A stretch of DNA of 64,000 nucleotides, taken from an uncultured Gammaproteobacteria bacterium (GTDB taxonomy: Bacteria > Patescibacteriota > Patescibacteriia > UBA2196 > GWA2-42-15). This document shows, piece by piece, positions 49,462 through 59,605 of the stretch. Where the stretch lies: positions 10,881-74,880 of the forward strand of contig CAZNIO010000003.1 of the NCBI GenBank assembly GCA_964573135.1. The letters run 5' to 3'. Position 1 is the stretch's first letter, and every line of letters begins with the position of its first letter. A model generated the notes under the pieces. That model was not told where the DNA came from and did not search any database. It saw only the letters and a list, made by a program, of their open reading frames with translations. The translations under genes and the position numbers were made by a program.

Positions 49462-49881
49462 ATGATAAATAAGTATCAAAAATTCCACGTAGGCATAAAT
49501 GTAATTGTAGTCAAAAATAATCAATTGCTTTTGGGCAAAAGGAAAAATGTTTATGGAGCTGGAACTTGGGGTATGTCAGGTGGCCACTTAGAAGACATGG
49601 AAGGAATGAAAGATGCGGCAGCTCGTGAACTATTTGAAGAAACCGGTATAAAGGCCGAGGAATATATTTTTTCTGATATAGTCAATGATCGACGCGATAA
49701 TCATTATTTACAAATAGGTTTTGTGGCAAAAAATCATAAGGGTGAACCTCAGGTGAGAGAGCCTGATAGATGCGAGGAGCGGAAATGGTTTGATTTAGAT
49801 GATTTGCCAGAGAACATATTTCCGGGACACGTTGAGAATATAAGATTATATTTGGAGAATTCAAATTTTGGTGATAATTAG
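49462..49881 (+). CDS. Nudix hydrolase (NUDT15/MutT-like)
   Basis: GGHLEDMEGMKDAAARELFEETG Nudix box; EPDRC; start moved downstream of tRNA-Ala. Confidence 0.92.
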   Translation: MINKYQKFHVGINVIVVKNNQLLLGKRKNVYGAGTWGMSGGHLEDMEGMKDAAARELFEETGIKAEEYIFSDIVNDRRDNHYLQIGFVAKNHKGEPQVREPDRCEERKWFDLDDLPENIFPGHVENIRLYLENSNFGDN

Positions 49882-49885
49882 TTAT

Positions 49886-50674
49886 ATGAAACAAGATCCT
49901 CAATTTAAAAAGGTAGCAGTTGAATCAGCCAAACAAGCTGGTAAGGTTATATTAAAACATTTTGACAAGATAGCCAGGAAAAATTTAATGGTAAAGAATA
50001 AGTATGAGATTGTAACCCCGGCTGATTTAGCAGCAGAGAAGATAATTCTTAAGAATATTAAAAAGAATTTTCCAAGTCATAGAATTTTATCCGAAGAGGA
50101 AGGTAAAACTGGGGCTGAAAAATCAGAATACTTATGGGTGATAGACCCCTTAGATGGGACAACTAATTTTTCGATGGGTAATCCCCTATTCAATGTATCA
50201 ATTGCATTATTTAAAAATGATAAACCAATACTCGGGATAATTTACGTACCATTTTTAAATAACTTATATCTAGCGCAAAAAGGCAAAGGAGCTACTTTAA
50301 ATGGAAAGAAAATAAGAGTATCAACGGTAGGTAAAATAAAAGATGCATTTTTGACTTTTTGCCATGGGTATAATGAGAAGAGTGTTAAGAAAGCGATTAA
50401 GATATATAGTAAGTTAAAGTTTGAGGCAAGGGATCTAAGACAAATCGGAGCAGCGGCCATTGAATGTGCCTGGGTGGCACAAGGTAAAACTGAAGCAATT
50501 ATGATACCCGGAGTAAATGTGTGGGATGTGGCAGCCGGAGCTCTACTCATACGGGAAGCGGGTGGCATAGTAAGTGATATGATGGGACATGAATGGGATA
50601 TACATTCAGAAGGTATTATTGCAAGTAATAAGGTGATAAATGATCAGCTTATACGAAGAGTGAAGAATATATGA
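49886..50674 (+). CDS. suhB: Inositol monophosphatase family protein
   Basis: LSEE, WVIDPLDGTTNF, WDVAAG. Confidence 0.9.
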   Translation: MKQDPQFKKVAVESAKQAGKVILKHFDKIARKNLMVKNKYEIVTPADLAAEKIILKNIKKNFPSHRILSEEEGKTGAEKSEYLWVIDPLDGTTNFSMGNPLFNVSIALFKNDKPILGIIYVPFLNNLYLAQKGKGATLNGKKIRVSTVGKIKDAFLTFCHGYNEKSVKKAIKIYSKLKFEARDLRQIGAAAIECAWVAQGKTEAIMIPGVNVWDVAAGALLIREAGGIVSDMMGHEWDIHSEGIIASNKVINDQLIRRVKNI

Positions 50675-50892
50675 AGATTAAAGTGAAAGTAAATACTAAG
50701 GCCAAAGAGAACAAGGTAGAAAGAATAAGCAATGATGAATATGAGATAAATACCACTCAAATTCCAGAGAAAGGCAAGGCAAATGAAAAAATTCTAAAGA
50801 TGATGGCCAAAGAATTAAAAAAAGCGAAGAGTAACTTAAGAATTATTCAGGGAGGAAAAAGTAGATACAAAGTAATAGAGATTGACAATTAG
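50671..50892 (+). CDS. DUF167 (YggU) family protein
   Basis: IKVKV, PEKGKAN, GGKSRYK. Confidence 0.85.
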   Translation: MKIKVKVNTKAKENKVERISNDEYEINTTQIPEKGKANEKILKMMAKELKKAKSNLRIIQGGKSRYKVIEIDN

Positions 50893-50922
50893 CTTTTTAA
50901 GATTTACTATATTAAATATCAT

Positions 50923-50997
50923 GCGGGTGTCGTATAATGGTTATTATATTGGGTTGCCAATCCAAAGATGGCGGTTCGATTCCGCTCACCCGCTCCA
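50923..50997 (+). tRNA. tRNA-Gly (anticodon GCC)
   Basis: GCGGGTG...CACCCGC-TCCA; anticodon loop TTGCCAA. Confidence 0.95.
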
Positions 50998-51307
50998 ACT
51001 AAAAGCTTCTTTAATAGCTCTAATATTAGGGGAGTTTTTAGTTGGAATTTAAGTGGCTGGTAATGGGAATCAAACTTTTGCCTTATTTTATAAACCGCGC
51101 AATTTGACATCAAAATAAAGTCTTCTGGTTATATTTATTAAAATTAAGCTAATATTAGCTAAATTATTACTTTATGCTAACCGCGCAATTTGACATATAA
51201 CTTTTGATCTAAAAAAAGCATACCCTAATTACTTTTTAGATACAAAGGAATTCATTGCTTATCTTAACAAAATTGTAGACAAAAAATAATAAATTTTACA
51301 AAATAAG

Positions 51308-51435
51308 CTAAGCTTCTCCCTGCATAACAAACTCTGGAGAACAAATCCCCCCATCGAATTGTACTGTCACAGTTCTAACATCATTGACTAAAGAGCTCCA
51401 TCCAAAAAACTCTAGAAATTCTAGAGTTTTTTGGA
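51308..51435 (-). repeat. tRNA-Gly array element: antisense tail + GCTCCA (tRNA-Gly 3' end) + hairpin
   Basis: Minus frame WSSLVNDVRTVTVQFDGGICSPEFVMQGEA* (51400-51308); hairpin CCAAAAAACTCTAGAA-A-TTCTAGAGTTTTTTGG. Confidence 0.8.
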
Positions 51436-51480
51436 TGAATTGACATTGCCATACCCAATAAAAAATGGTATAATTACAAT

Positions 51481-51705
51481 ATGAAACAAGCTAAAAAATA
51501 TATAAAGTCATCATCTTTCTGGGATTATAAGATTGAGAAAAGGGCACTTAAAAATGAAAAAGTGAAAAAGTTTTGGTTGGCTAGAAAAATCAATATGGCG
51601 GACTGGCAAGGGATCAAGAAAAAAGACCTAGAAAAATATTTACCCGAACTTGATATCAGGCCGGAAATGAAAAATTTGTTAACTTTATTTTTGGAACATG
51701 CTTAA
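51481..51705 (+). CDS. Small putative antitoxin partner of the nucleotidyltransferase
   Basis: FWDY motif; overlaps the start of the downstream gene. Confidence 0.7.
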   Translation: MKQAKKYIKSSSFWDYKIEKRALKNEKVKKFWLARKINMADWQGIKKKDLEKYLPELDIRPEMKNLLTLFLEHA

Positions 51706-52375
51706 GAATATTTTAAATCCAACACAGATAAAAGCATTAACTGCTATTGGCCAAAGCGAACTGGCTAAAATTTATTATTGGACTGGTGGTACTGCTTTGG
51801 CGTATAAATACTTAAACAATAGATTATCAGTTGACCTGGATTTTTTTAGTTATGATTTAATAGCAGATGAAGAGCTGTTGGCTTTGGTAAATAATATCAA
51901 AAAGCAATTAGGGGTTAAAAGAATTAAATTTTATAAGAATTTAAATCGTCAACAATTTATCCTTGATTTTGGCAATAAAATCAGCTTGCAACTTGAGTTT
52001 GTATATTTCCCCTTTGATAATATATCAAAACCAAAATCAGACCAGGATTTTAAGATTAAAGTTGATTCATTAGTTGATATGGCGACTAATAAAACGCTAG
52101 CTACTTATCAGAGAAATGAACCTAAAGATATTTTTGATTTATATTCCCTTTTAGAAACTAAAAAATTTAAATTGCCTGGGTTAATAAAAAATGTTAATAA
52201 AAAATTTGAAATAGAAATTGATGAAGCAGATTTGGAAGCAAAAATTTTAAGTAATATTGATTTATTGGAGAATATAAGGCCATTGATATTGAATAAGAGG
52301 AATTTCAAAATTGGCAAGATAGAAGCTTTTTTTACCAAGAAATCTGTTAACTATTTAAAGACGGTTATTTTTTGA
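51698..52375 (+). CDS. AbiEii-family nucleotidyltransferase toxin
   Basis: TGGTAL, RLSVDLDFF, NK...R..PKDIFDLY. Confidence 0.88.
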   Translation: MLKNILNPTQIKALTAIGQSELAKIYYWTGGTALAYKYLNNRLSVDLDFFSYDLIADEELLALVNNIKKQLGVKRIKFYKNLNRQQFILDFGNKISLQLEFVYFPFDNISKPKSDQDFKIKVDSLVDMATNKTLATYQRNEPKDIFDLYSLLETKKFKLPGLIKNVNKKFEIEIDEADLEAKILSNIDLLENIRPLILNKRNFKIGKIEAFFTKKSVNYLKTVIF

Positions 52376-52439
52376 TACCAAACCCTGTGTTGAGAACTAA
52401 AAATTGAGATGGTAATATTAAAAGCAAAAGTGATATACA

Positions 52440-53069
52440 ATGAATAAAATTCAACAAGCCAATCAAGAGTCTAGACATGGTAATAATTTGAATGATAAGA
52501 ATTTTAAGAGTGTGGCAGGACTCTATGAGAAGAGTTTAAAGTTTCCAGCCCAAAAATACCAAAAGCAGCTAATTATTTGCCCGATCGGACTTGTTAGTTC
52601 AGGAAAAACCACAGTCGTCAAGATTTTGTGTAAAAAGTTACCACTTTTGCGCGTTTCAACTGATGAGATTAGATTACTATTAAAAGAAAAAGAGTACAAT
52701 TTTACTAGGACACGTGAATTGGCTTGGCATATAATTAATAAATATTTAAAGCAGGGGTTCAGTATTGCCATTGATGCAGATTGTATTTCCGAAGAGGCAC
52801 GCAAATATATAAAAGATTTGGAAAAACAAACTAAAACCAAAGTTTTTTGGATTCATATTAACCCACCCCGGAGTTTTATTTTAAATAATTTAAGTAAACC
52901 TAAAAAAATATTCAAAAATACTGAACATGCATTGCGGGTTTATAAAATGCACAAAGTATTACATAATAAGATAAATTTTCCTTTTATATATATTTTTGAT
53001 ACGGCCAAAAATAATGTGATAGAACAAACCAAGGAGTGCGTGTTACTAATTAAGAAGGAATTAAGTTAA
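52440..53069 (+). CDS. P-loop kinase (AAA_33-like)
   Basis: GLVSSGKTT, STDEIR, IAIDAD. Confidence 0.8.
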   Translation: MNKIQQANQESRHGNNLNDKNFKSVAGLYEKSLKFPAQKYQKQLIICPIGLVSSGKTTVVKILCKKLPLLRVSTDEIRLLLKEKEYNFTRTRELAWHIINKYLKQGFSIAIDADCISEEARKYIKDLEKQTKTKVFWIHINPPRSFILNNLSKPKKIFKNTEHALRVYKMHKVLHNKINFPFIYIFDTAKNNVIEQTKECVLLIKKELS

Positions 53070-53084
53070 CCAATTCATATGATT

Positions 53085-53176
53085 GAATTGTGGGATATAA
53101 GAATTGTGCCCTAAGCGGAGTAATATTAGTTCTAGCGACCTCCGCCAAAAAACTCTAGAATTTCTAGAGTTTTTTG
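53085..53176 (-). repeat. Degenerate second tRNA-Gly array element with near-identical hairpin
   Basis: Hairpin CCAAAAAACTCTAGAA-T-TTCTAGAGTTTTTTG; minus frame AEVARTNI, then YIP in a shifted frame. Confidence 0.55.
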
Positions 53177-53209
53177 AATAGGCGAATAAAATCATTATAA
53201 CCTCATTTT

Positions 53210-53425
53210 CTATTTTTTAGATTTTCTCATTTTTGTCCTCTGAACATCAGATAAAGACGTAAGCCAGAAAACAAAAGGTCGACGAATTTTCTCAATTGAA
53301 TAGTCCCCGCTTATAAAGAGCGCGGGCTTTTTAATTTCAAAAAAAAGAAGCATCCCAAGAGTAGCTCTCATATTTAAAGGAGAGAGATTATTGTGTTCAA
53401 TTAAAAATTGTCCTCTGGTAGTCAT
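53210..53425 (-). CDS. Small hypothetical protein
   Basis: 71 aa ORF downstream of a TTGACT-N17-TATTAT promoter and a structured leader. Confidence 0.55.
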   Translation of the reverse strand: MTTRGQFLIEHNNLSPLNMRATLGMLLFFEIKKPALFISGDYSIEKIRRPFVFWLTSLSDVQRTKMRKSKK

Positions 53426-53433
53426 ATTTTCAT

Positions 53434-53559
53434 AAAAAAAGCAACTCGAATAGCTTCTAGTTGCAGATAATACTTACATATTGATTTTCCTCGGGGAAAC
53501 AGAATATTGCAACCGTTGTTCCCTGTCTTAATAATACACTGGATAGCTTGAAAAGTCAA
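53434..53559 (-). promoter_or_regulatory. Promoter plus ~100-nt leader with terminator and possible antiterminator
   Basis: TTGACT(53559)-N17-TATTAT; terminator GCAACTAGAA-GCTA-TTCGAGTTGC-T7; upstream GGTTGCA can pair with TGCAACT. Confidence 0.5.
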
Positions 53560-53599
53560 TATTATGTATTTAATGTGATATAATAAGAGTATAAACTTT

Positions 53600-55792
53600 A
53601 TGCGTCACAAATTAATTTTTTCCATAAAATATACATTACTTATCCTGACATCTTGTCTGTTCTTTTTTTATATCTACCATAAGGGGTTGGGATTAGATTT
53701 TTCTATAAAGACCATGATCTTTATAGCCCTATTCCTTGTTGATCTGATTATATTAATGCATTTGCTAAAATCTCGTGTATTGGGCGCTATATTTTTATCC
53801 CTGTCTTTAATTGTCTTCACCTTTTATTCTTTAGTAAATTTCGCTTATTATGAAGTTTTTAATTCTTTCTTGAGAATAAGGCAAGAACAAGTGGCTCAGG
53901 TAAATAAACCGCTAATTGAGCTTTTGGGTAATTACTACATCCTTATCCCAACCTACCTATATGGTCTGGCTTTAATTTTACTTCTTGGGATAATAGCGGG
54001 GACGGTGGTCTATTGTAAAAAGCATAAAAAAATAAGTGTAGAGTATGAAATTGCAAACTTAAGAAAATTATACAATAAGATAAACTTTGTAGGATTGAAA
54101 AGAAAAAATAGAATATCCTTGTCTTTCATATCTCTCCTAATTTTATTTATAATAATAAATTCAATGCTTTACTTCGGGATTTATAATTATAAAAAACAAG
54201 CAAGTGCAGAAGGGTTTACGCGTGTGCGATATTTTTCTGATTTAGGAGTGCCTGGATATTTAATTAGCGGATTAACTGGCAACATAGCTGGATCAGTAAA
54301 ATATAAAGAGAACACCCCCTTAGAAACACCTAGCAAGCCAGCTGATATAAAAAGCATAATTGATACCTTAAAAGAAAATATAACCGAATTGTCTTGGCTA
54401 TCTAACCTAGAGAAAACGCCAGGCATTGAACTGGAAAAAACTGTAAATCCCCCACATATAATTATTTATCAACTGGAGTCGGTTGGTTCTTGGGCCCTAG
54501 AACAACAACCAACCCCAATGCCCTATTTATCTGAGTTAATAAACGAAACTGCAAGTGTAGAACATTTTTTTGCTAATAGCTGTACAACTATTAATGCTGA
54601 ATTTACATCAATGTGCAGTTTTTATTCTGAAACATGGGGACCAGTGAGCGACCTCTTCTCTCAGAATGAATATTATTGCCTACCCCAATTACTTAGAGAA
54701 AAACACAACTACAAGACAGCACTGCATCACGCCAATTCAGCAAATTTTTGGAATCGTAATATATTAGGGCCTAAGTGGGGTTTTGAGGATATGTATTTTA
54801 GTCCACACTATGAAAACAGGGAAGATGATGGCTCTTTGCTGAAAAATACCGTTTCACAGTTAAAAAAATCAGAACGGCCAATGTTGCAGTATGTTATAGG
54901 GTTTAGCACTCATGGTCCTCATAACCAAGCATTTATGGATAATTATTTTAGTACTAATAAGTCTAGAATAAAACCATATGAGCTTGAGCTGAATGACAAC
55001 GCCAAAACAGCAACTCAAGATGAGGAAACCACCCGTATATATTTTGGATTTCTGCAAAAGGCAGATATGGCCATTAAAAACCTATTTAAAGATCTTGAAG
55101 AAAATAATCTACTTGATAAAACAATAGTTATAATCTATGGAGATCACCGCTATTACGACTTTAAGTCTGATGACAAAATCAATGATTTCTATAACTACAA
55201 TAAAGTCCCCTTTGCAATGCATATACCGCAAAAATACCGCGGTCAAGTAAAAAAAATCGCCAGTCATGTTGACATTGCTCCAACGTTATTGAATATAGTC
55301 GAAGGAGAGGGATATGAGATGCCGGAACATTTTGTGGGTAGTAGCCTATTTAGCAGTAGCCACCCCAATAGCGCGATTAATAAATGTTTGGGTGAATCCT
55401 ACTATGTCGACCAGAATATTATTATCAATAACGACATGCTTTTGGGGGTAGAAAGTCCAATAGCCTTTTTGAGAGAATATGCTAAGGATAAATTTGATAA
55501 GTATGCCAGTCTCTTCAGGCAAGTACTAAAAAAAAGTGATGAAATAATGGTGGAGAATATTTTATTGGGAGATTATAGAACAAAAAGCAATCGACTACAA
55601 ACAAGCGATGTTAAGAAAGAGATGAAAATTGATTTTGTACAAGAAACAGACAGTGATCAAGACGGATTGTCTGATTTAAGAGAGAAAGCTATAGGTACAA
55701 ATAGAAAAAATCCCGACACTGATGGGGACGGGATACTTGATGGCATAGAAGTGATTGAAGGTAGCGACCCTTTGTGGCCTGGCCGGTTATAA
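53600..55792 (+). CDS. LTA synthase/sulfatase family membrane protein with C-terminal DxDGDG repeats
   Basis: Five TM segments, YQLES, TINAEF, FWNR, THGP, YGDH, SHVDIAPT. Confidence 0.88.
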   Translation: MRHKLIFSIKYTLLILTSCLFFFYIYHKGLGLDFSIKTMIFIALFLVDLIILMHLLKSRVLGAIFLSLSLIVFTFYSLVNFAYYEVFNSFLRIRQEQVAQVNKPLIELLGNYYILIPTYLYGLALILLLGIIAGTVVYCKKHKKISVEYEIANLRKLYNKINFVGLKRKNRISLSFISLLILFIIINSMLYFGIYNYKKQASAEGFTRVRYFSDLGVPGYLISGLTGNIAGSVKYKENTPLETPSKPADIKSIIDTLKENITELSWLSNLEKTPGIELEKTVNPPHIIIYQLESVGSWALEQQPTPMPYLSELINETASVEHFFANSCTTINAEFTSMCSFYSETWGPVSDLFSQNEYYCLPQLLREKHNYKTALHHANSANFWNRNILGPKWGFEDMYFSPHYENREDDGSLLKNTVSQLKKSERPMLQYVIGFSTHGPHNQAFMDNYFSTNKSRIKPYELELNDNAKTATQDEETTRIYFGFLQKADMAIKNLFKDLEENNLLDKTIVIIYGDHRYYDFKSDDKINDFYNYNKVPFAMHIPQKYRGQVKKIASHVDIAPTLLNIVEGEGYEMPEHFVGSSLFSSSHPNSAINKCLGESYYVDQNIIINNDMLLGVESPIAFLREYAKDKFDKYASLFRQVLKKSDEIMVENILLGDYRTKSNRLQTSDVKKEMKIDFVQETDSDQDGLSDLREKAIGTNRKNPDTDGDGILDGIEVIEGSDPLWPGRL

Positions 55793-55795
55793 GAA

Positions 55796-56884
55796 TTATT
55801 GAAACTCTTGAATTCTGCCCCCTCCCAGGCAGATTTTGTTTTTATAAAAAACAACGTACTGACCAGGAGTGATTGATTTTACTGGTTTTCTGAAAATAAT
55901 CTTTAGCTTCCCCTTATGAATAGGATAAAGAATTGCTTTGGCTGCCTTGTGAGCGTAGCGAATCTTGGCCTTAATCCTAATAGGTTTGTCTAGTAGTTGA
56001 TTAGAAATAAAATTAAAGGGATAAAGAACCGCTTGTTGCGATTTAAGATCATCTTCGTTTTTACTGACGATTAGAACGTTTTTAATTATATTAAAACCAA
56101 CCACAAACCAGGGACCACCTGCTAATTTTATGCCTTTGCGTTGGCCCAAAGTATAGAAATGAAGACCTTGATGTTTACCCAGAATATTACCTTGTATATC
56201 TTGTATCCCCCCTACTTTCTCCCCAATAGCCTTACTCAAAAATTTAGGCATAGATTTACCGGCAACAAAGCAAAAATCTTGGCTTTGTTTTATTTTTTCA
56301 AAAAAATCAAAGCCATGCCTTTTGGCAATTTTATATACCTGTTGCTTGGTATATTTGTCAAGAGGGAAAACGACGTCTTTTAAATATTCTTGGGGTAGAA
56401 AGGACAAAGAATATGTCTGATCTTTGTGTTTATCTTTGGGCTTTAGAAGCTGATAACCTACCTTGCCTTTTTTGACTTGTGCAAAATGTCCAGTGGCTAC
56501 ATGCTGGATACCTTTATCTCTTGCCCAGGCAAACAGTTTTTTAAATTTTAAATTTGGATTACACATGATGCATGGATTGGGGGTTTTATTGTTCCTTAAT
56601 TCAGAAATGAAATAATCAATGACTTCTTGTTCAAATTCCTTTGAAACATCAAAGATATGATGTTCTACCCCTAGTTTTTGACAAACTTGCCTGGCAACAT
56701 CAAAAGACTCCTTTGAGCAACAGGCGTTTTCACGCAGGGAGTTATCTTTGTCTTGCCAAACAGCATATTTGAGTGAGAGGCCAATTGGTTGCCAGCCTTG
56801 TTTTTTGAGCAATATTAAAGCGACTGACGAATCAACTCCGCCAGACATGCCAACTACTATTTTTTTATCATTCTTATGTTTCAT
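55796..56884 (-). CDS. mnmA: tRNA 2-thiouridylase MnmA
   Basis: GMSGGVDSS, TPNPCIMCN, ATGH, KDQTY, YTLGQRKG, TPGQ. Confidence 0.97.
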   Translation of the reverse strand: MKHKNDKKIVVGMSGGVDSSVALILLKKQGWQPIGLSLKYAVWQDKDNSLRENACCSKESFDVARQVCQKLGVEHHIFDVSKEFEQEVIDYFISELRNNKTPNPCIMCNPNLKFKKLFAWARDKGIQHVATGHFAQVKKGKVGYQLLKPKDKHKDQTYSLSFLPQEYLKDVVFPLDKYTKQQVYKIAKRHGFDFFEKIKQSQDFCFVAGKSMPKFLSKAIGEKVGGIQDIQGNILGKHQGLHFYTLGQRKGIKLAGGPWFVVGFNIIKNVLIVSKNEDDLKSQQAVLYPFNFISNQLLDKPIRIKAKIRYAHKAAKAILYPIHKGKLKIIFRKPVKSITPGQYVVFYKNKICLGGGRIQEFQ

Positions 56885-57617
56885 GACGAATGATTAGCAT
56901 GAATAGAAGAGCAAGGATAAAAACCAGAAAAGAAAGTAACGATTTTTTTAAATTTTTCTCTTTGTGAAGTTCTGGGATTAAGTCCGAGGCAGCAATGTAT
57001 ATAAAACCACCAGCAGCAAAGGGTAGCAAAAACATATTAACGCCCTCTATCCGGTTAACAAGAAAATGGCCAATGATTACCCCAATAATTACCGTGCTGG
57101 CTGAAATAAAGTTATACAGCAAGGCCTTGCCTTTTTTAAAGCCAGAATATAAAAGTACGCCAAAATCACCAATTTCTTGAGGTATTTCATGTAGGGCAAT
57201 TGACAAGACTACAGGAATGCCAAGTGCAGGACTGACGGCAAAAGAAGAGGCAATTATAATACCATCAATTAAATTATGTACCCCATCACCAATAAGATTT
57301 AGGTGCCCCAAATGTTTATGGGTTTCGCAGCCCACTTCATGACAATGATGCCAGCGTAGTACTCGTTCTATTATAAAAAAGAAACAAATACCAAGGAGTG
57401 TATATTCAAAAATTCTGACTGGCTGTCCAAATTCTTCTATGGCCTCGGGCAAAAGATGGAAAAACGCACCACCCAAAAGAGCCCCAGCGGAAAAGCCGAC
57501 AAATAACATAATTATCTTGTTGATCACCTTTTCTTTGAGAGCTAAAACAATAACTCCTGTTATTGAAAGGAGGCTAATACCGATAGCGGCCAAAAGTGAA
57601 AGTGTAAAATTTGTCAT
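56874..57617 (-). CDS. ZIP family metal transporter
   Basis: HLLPEA, HNLIDG, HEIPQE. Confidence 0.93.
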   Translation of the reverse strand: MTNFTLSLLAAIGISLLSITGVIVLALKEKVINKIIMLFVGFSAGALLGGAFFHLLPEAIEEFGQPVRIFEYTLLGICFFFIIERVLRWHHCHEVGCETHKHLGHLNLIGDGVHNLIDGIIIASSFAVSPALGIPVVLSIALHEIPQEIGDFGVLLYSGFKKGKALLYNFISASTVIIGVIIGHFLVNRIEGVNMFLLPFAAGGFIYIAASDLIPELHKEKNLKKSLLSFLVFILALLFMLIIRHET

Positions 57618-57715
57618 AATTTAATAGTACTAGAATATGAGTATTTTTTCAAGGAACGCAAAAACCCGATTTTTGAAAAATCGGGTTTTATGGGAAAAGG
57701 TCAATTTATTATATT

Positions 57716-58177
57716 TTACTCTTTGAGATCAAGCCGATCGCAGACTCCGTCGCCGTTGCTATCAACGAATTGTCCACCATGCTGGAAGAATTTACCCATG
57801 CCTTTTTTAAATATTCTTCTTGGTTTGAGTCCAAGTTCATCGGCAATGGCTTTGGCACCTTCATGGTCGCCGTCTTGTTTAAGTTGATGCATGGCAACAA
57901 ACTGATCAAAATTGTCTTCAGTTATAATTTCAGTTAACTTCTCTGCACCAGGTCTGTCGCTAATAGCCTCAAGCCAAGCTTGGTAGTCATTATTTTCGAT
58001 GGCGTCCATAACAACTTGGTGTTGTGCCTTTTTCTCAGCGATTTGTTCTTCTGTTAATTGAGGCTTGTGAACCCGGTTGCCTTCGCCTTGAGGACTAAAG
58101 GCTAAAGTGGATAATACCCCTGCACCCAAGATAAGTCCTAAAGCTGCTAGGGTAATCAATGTTTTTTTGTGAAACAT
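57716..58177 (-). CDS. Secreted hypothetical protein with C-terminal FVDSNGDGVCD motif
   Basis: Signal peptide; terminator hairpin at 57660-57689. Confidence 0.8.
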   Translation of the reverse strand: MFHKKTLITLAALGLILGAGVLSTLAFSPQGEGNRVHKPQLTEEQIAEKKAQHQVVMDAIENNDYQAWLEAISDRPGAEKLTEIITEDNFDQFVAMHQLKQDGDHEGAKAIADELGLKPRRIFKKGMGKFFQHGGQFVDSNGDGVCDRLDLKE

Positions 58178-58232
58178 ATATTATTGGTTAGTTTATAATA
58201 GAAAGTGGCCTACTTTCCTACTCACTTATTAG

Positions 58233-58260
58233 TACGCAGTCTTTATATATTTTATTTCAC
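58233..58260 (-). promoter_or_regulatory. Putative ECF-sigma promoter GTGAAATAAAA-N12-GCGTA
   Basis: Same bipartite motif and spacing as 59606-59633. Confidence 0.65.
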
Positions 58261-58995
58261 ATAGACCGGGGACTTTTGAAGCAGGCGCCTTTTGCCGCCC
58301 ATAAATGGCCTAATGTGTATGGCTTGGAACCTAGACTCTCCAATCTCTTTTCCAATAACTTTTATTCTCATATTCGGGGAAAGGGTCATATGAGGGGGTA
58401 AAATTTCTTGATTATAAATAACTATCCAGTGTCTATTATGTAAATCCTCTAAGTTTAATTCTTGCTGGTTTAATATATTAAGAATTCTACCGGCCAAAAT
58501 ACCACTATCTTTTGGCCTGTCCCACATTCTCATGCGGGTATCCATAAGGCGTCTATAAATAGGAAGTCTTTCATCAAATTGTCGCTCAAGCTTGGCACCC
58601 AGTCCTGTGGAGTAAAAAATAGTGCCAAGTAAAATGCTTAGAACGATGCTAAAGATAAATATTAGAACAATCCTGTGTTTATAGCCGGCTTTGGTTTGGC
58701 GGAAAATGTAATAAACAAGCAGGATAAAAATAGCAAGCAAAATAATCCAAAAATATGGCAGGCTGGCAAAGACAAAAGAGAAAAGACTGGGGCTAACTCT
58801 GTCGTATAAATCCCAATCATTGTTTTTAATCATATAGATAACAACAGCAAAGCCAAGACTGCCTATTATAAGGGAAATAGTAGCTAAAGCCCAGACAAAA
58901 TATTCTTTGAGTATAAATTCCCATTTAGGCTTAGGTTTGAGCTTGTGTTGCTCAATTTTTTCTATTATTTTTTGGGTGAGGTTTTTATCGCTCAT
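58252..58995 (-). CDS. Membrane protein, probable anti-sigma factor
   Basis: Three TM segments plus a soluble C-terminal domain; overlaps the sigma factor stop codon. Confidence 0.7.
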   Translation of the reverse strand: MSDKNLTQKIIEKIEQHKLKPKPKWEFILKEYFVWALATISLIIGSLGFAVVIYMIKNNDWDLYDRVSPSLFSFVFASLPYFWIILLAIFILLVYYIFRQTKAGYKHRIVLIFIFSIVLSILLGTIFYSTGLGAKLERQFDERLPIYRRLMDTRMRMWDRPKDSGILAGRILNILNQQELNLEDLHNRHWIVIYNQEILPPHMTLSPNMRIKVIGKEIGESRFQAIHIRPFMGGKRRLLQKSPVYVK

Positions 58996-59576
58996 ATTTT
59001 TAAGTTTAATTCTTTAAGTTTTTCGAAAAAATTCTTTTTAGCACGATTGATAAGCGTACCGATGGTACTGGTTGGTTTTTTCAAGATATCTGACATTTCC
59101 TGATAACTCTTATCTTCAAAAAATTTAAGCACAAGGACTTCCCTGTATTTAATGTCCAATTTAGCAAGTACTTGGCTAATTTTTTCTCTACTTATTTTAG
59201 TATCAGTTTCCTTTTCTAAATTAAAGTCAGAGGCAATATTGTTAAAGATATCATCTTCATTATCAGAAGTCACTGTTTGAGGACGAGATTTTTGTTTACG
59301 AAAATGGCTAATTGTCTCATTGTGAGCAATGCGATAAATCCAAGAAGAAAATTTTAGAGAGTCATCAAAGGCGTTTAGATTTTTATATACCTTAATGAAT
59401 ATTTCTTGTAATAAATCTTCAATATCTTCTTGACTATAACTTGAAATACGTCTGATATATCGGGTGAGTTTGGCTTCGTAATTCTTAACTAAACAATAGA
59501 AAAAATCCTGGCTCTTAAGAGTCAGCTGGACTAATTCCTCATCGCTTTTATTATTACATTTATCCTGTGTCAGCAT
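58992..59576 (-). CDS. ECF RNA polymerase sigma factor
   Basis: EDLLQEIFIKVY, FSSWIYRIAHN, SYQEMSDIL...INRAK. Confidence 0.93.
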   Translation of the reverse strand: MLTQDKCNNKSDEELVQLTLKSQDFFYCLVKNYEAKLTRYIRRISSYSQEDIEDLLQEIFIKVYKNLNAFDDSLKFSSWIYRIAHNETISHFRKQKSRPQTVTSDNEDDIFNNIASDFNLEKETDTKISREKISQVLAKLDIKYREVLVLKFFEDKSYQEMSDILKKPTSTIGTLINRAKKNFFEKLKELNLKI

Positions 59577-59605
59577 ATCTATATTATACACATGTTATTA
59601 TATAA

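Noticed and set aside
50919-51113. 64-aa minus-strand ORF
   Set aside because: Its C-terminus is simply the antisense of tRNA-Gly; no recombinase motifs, so not called as a gene.
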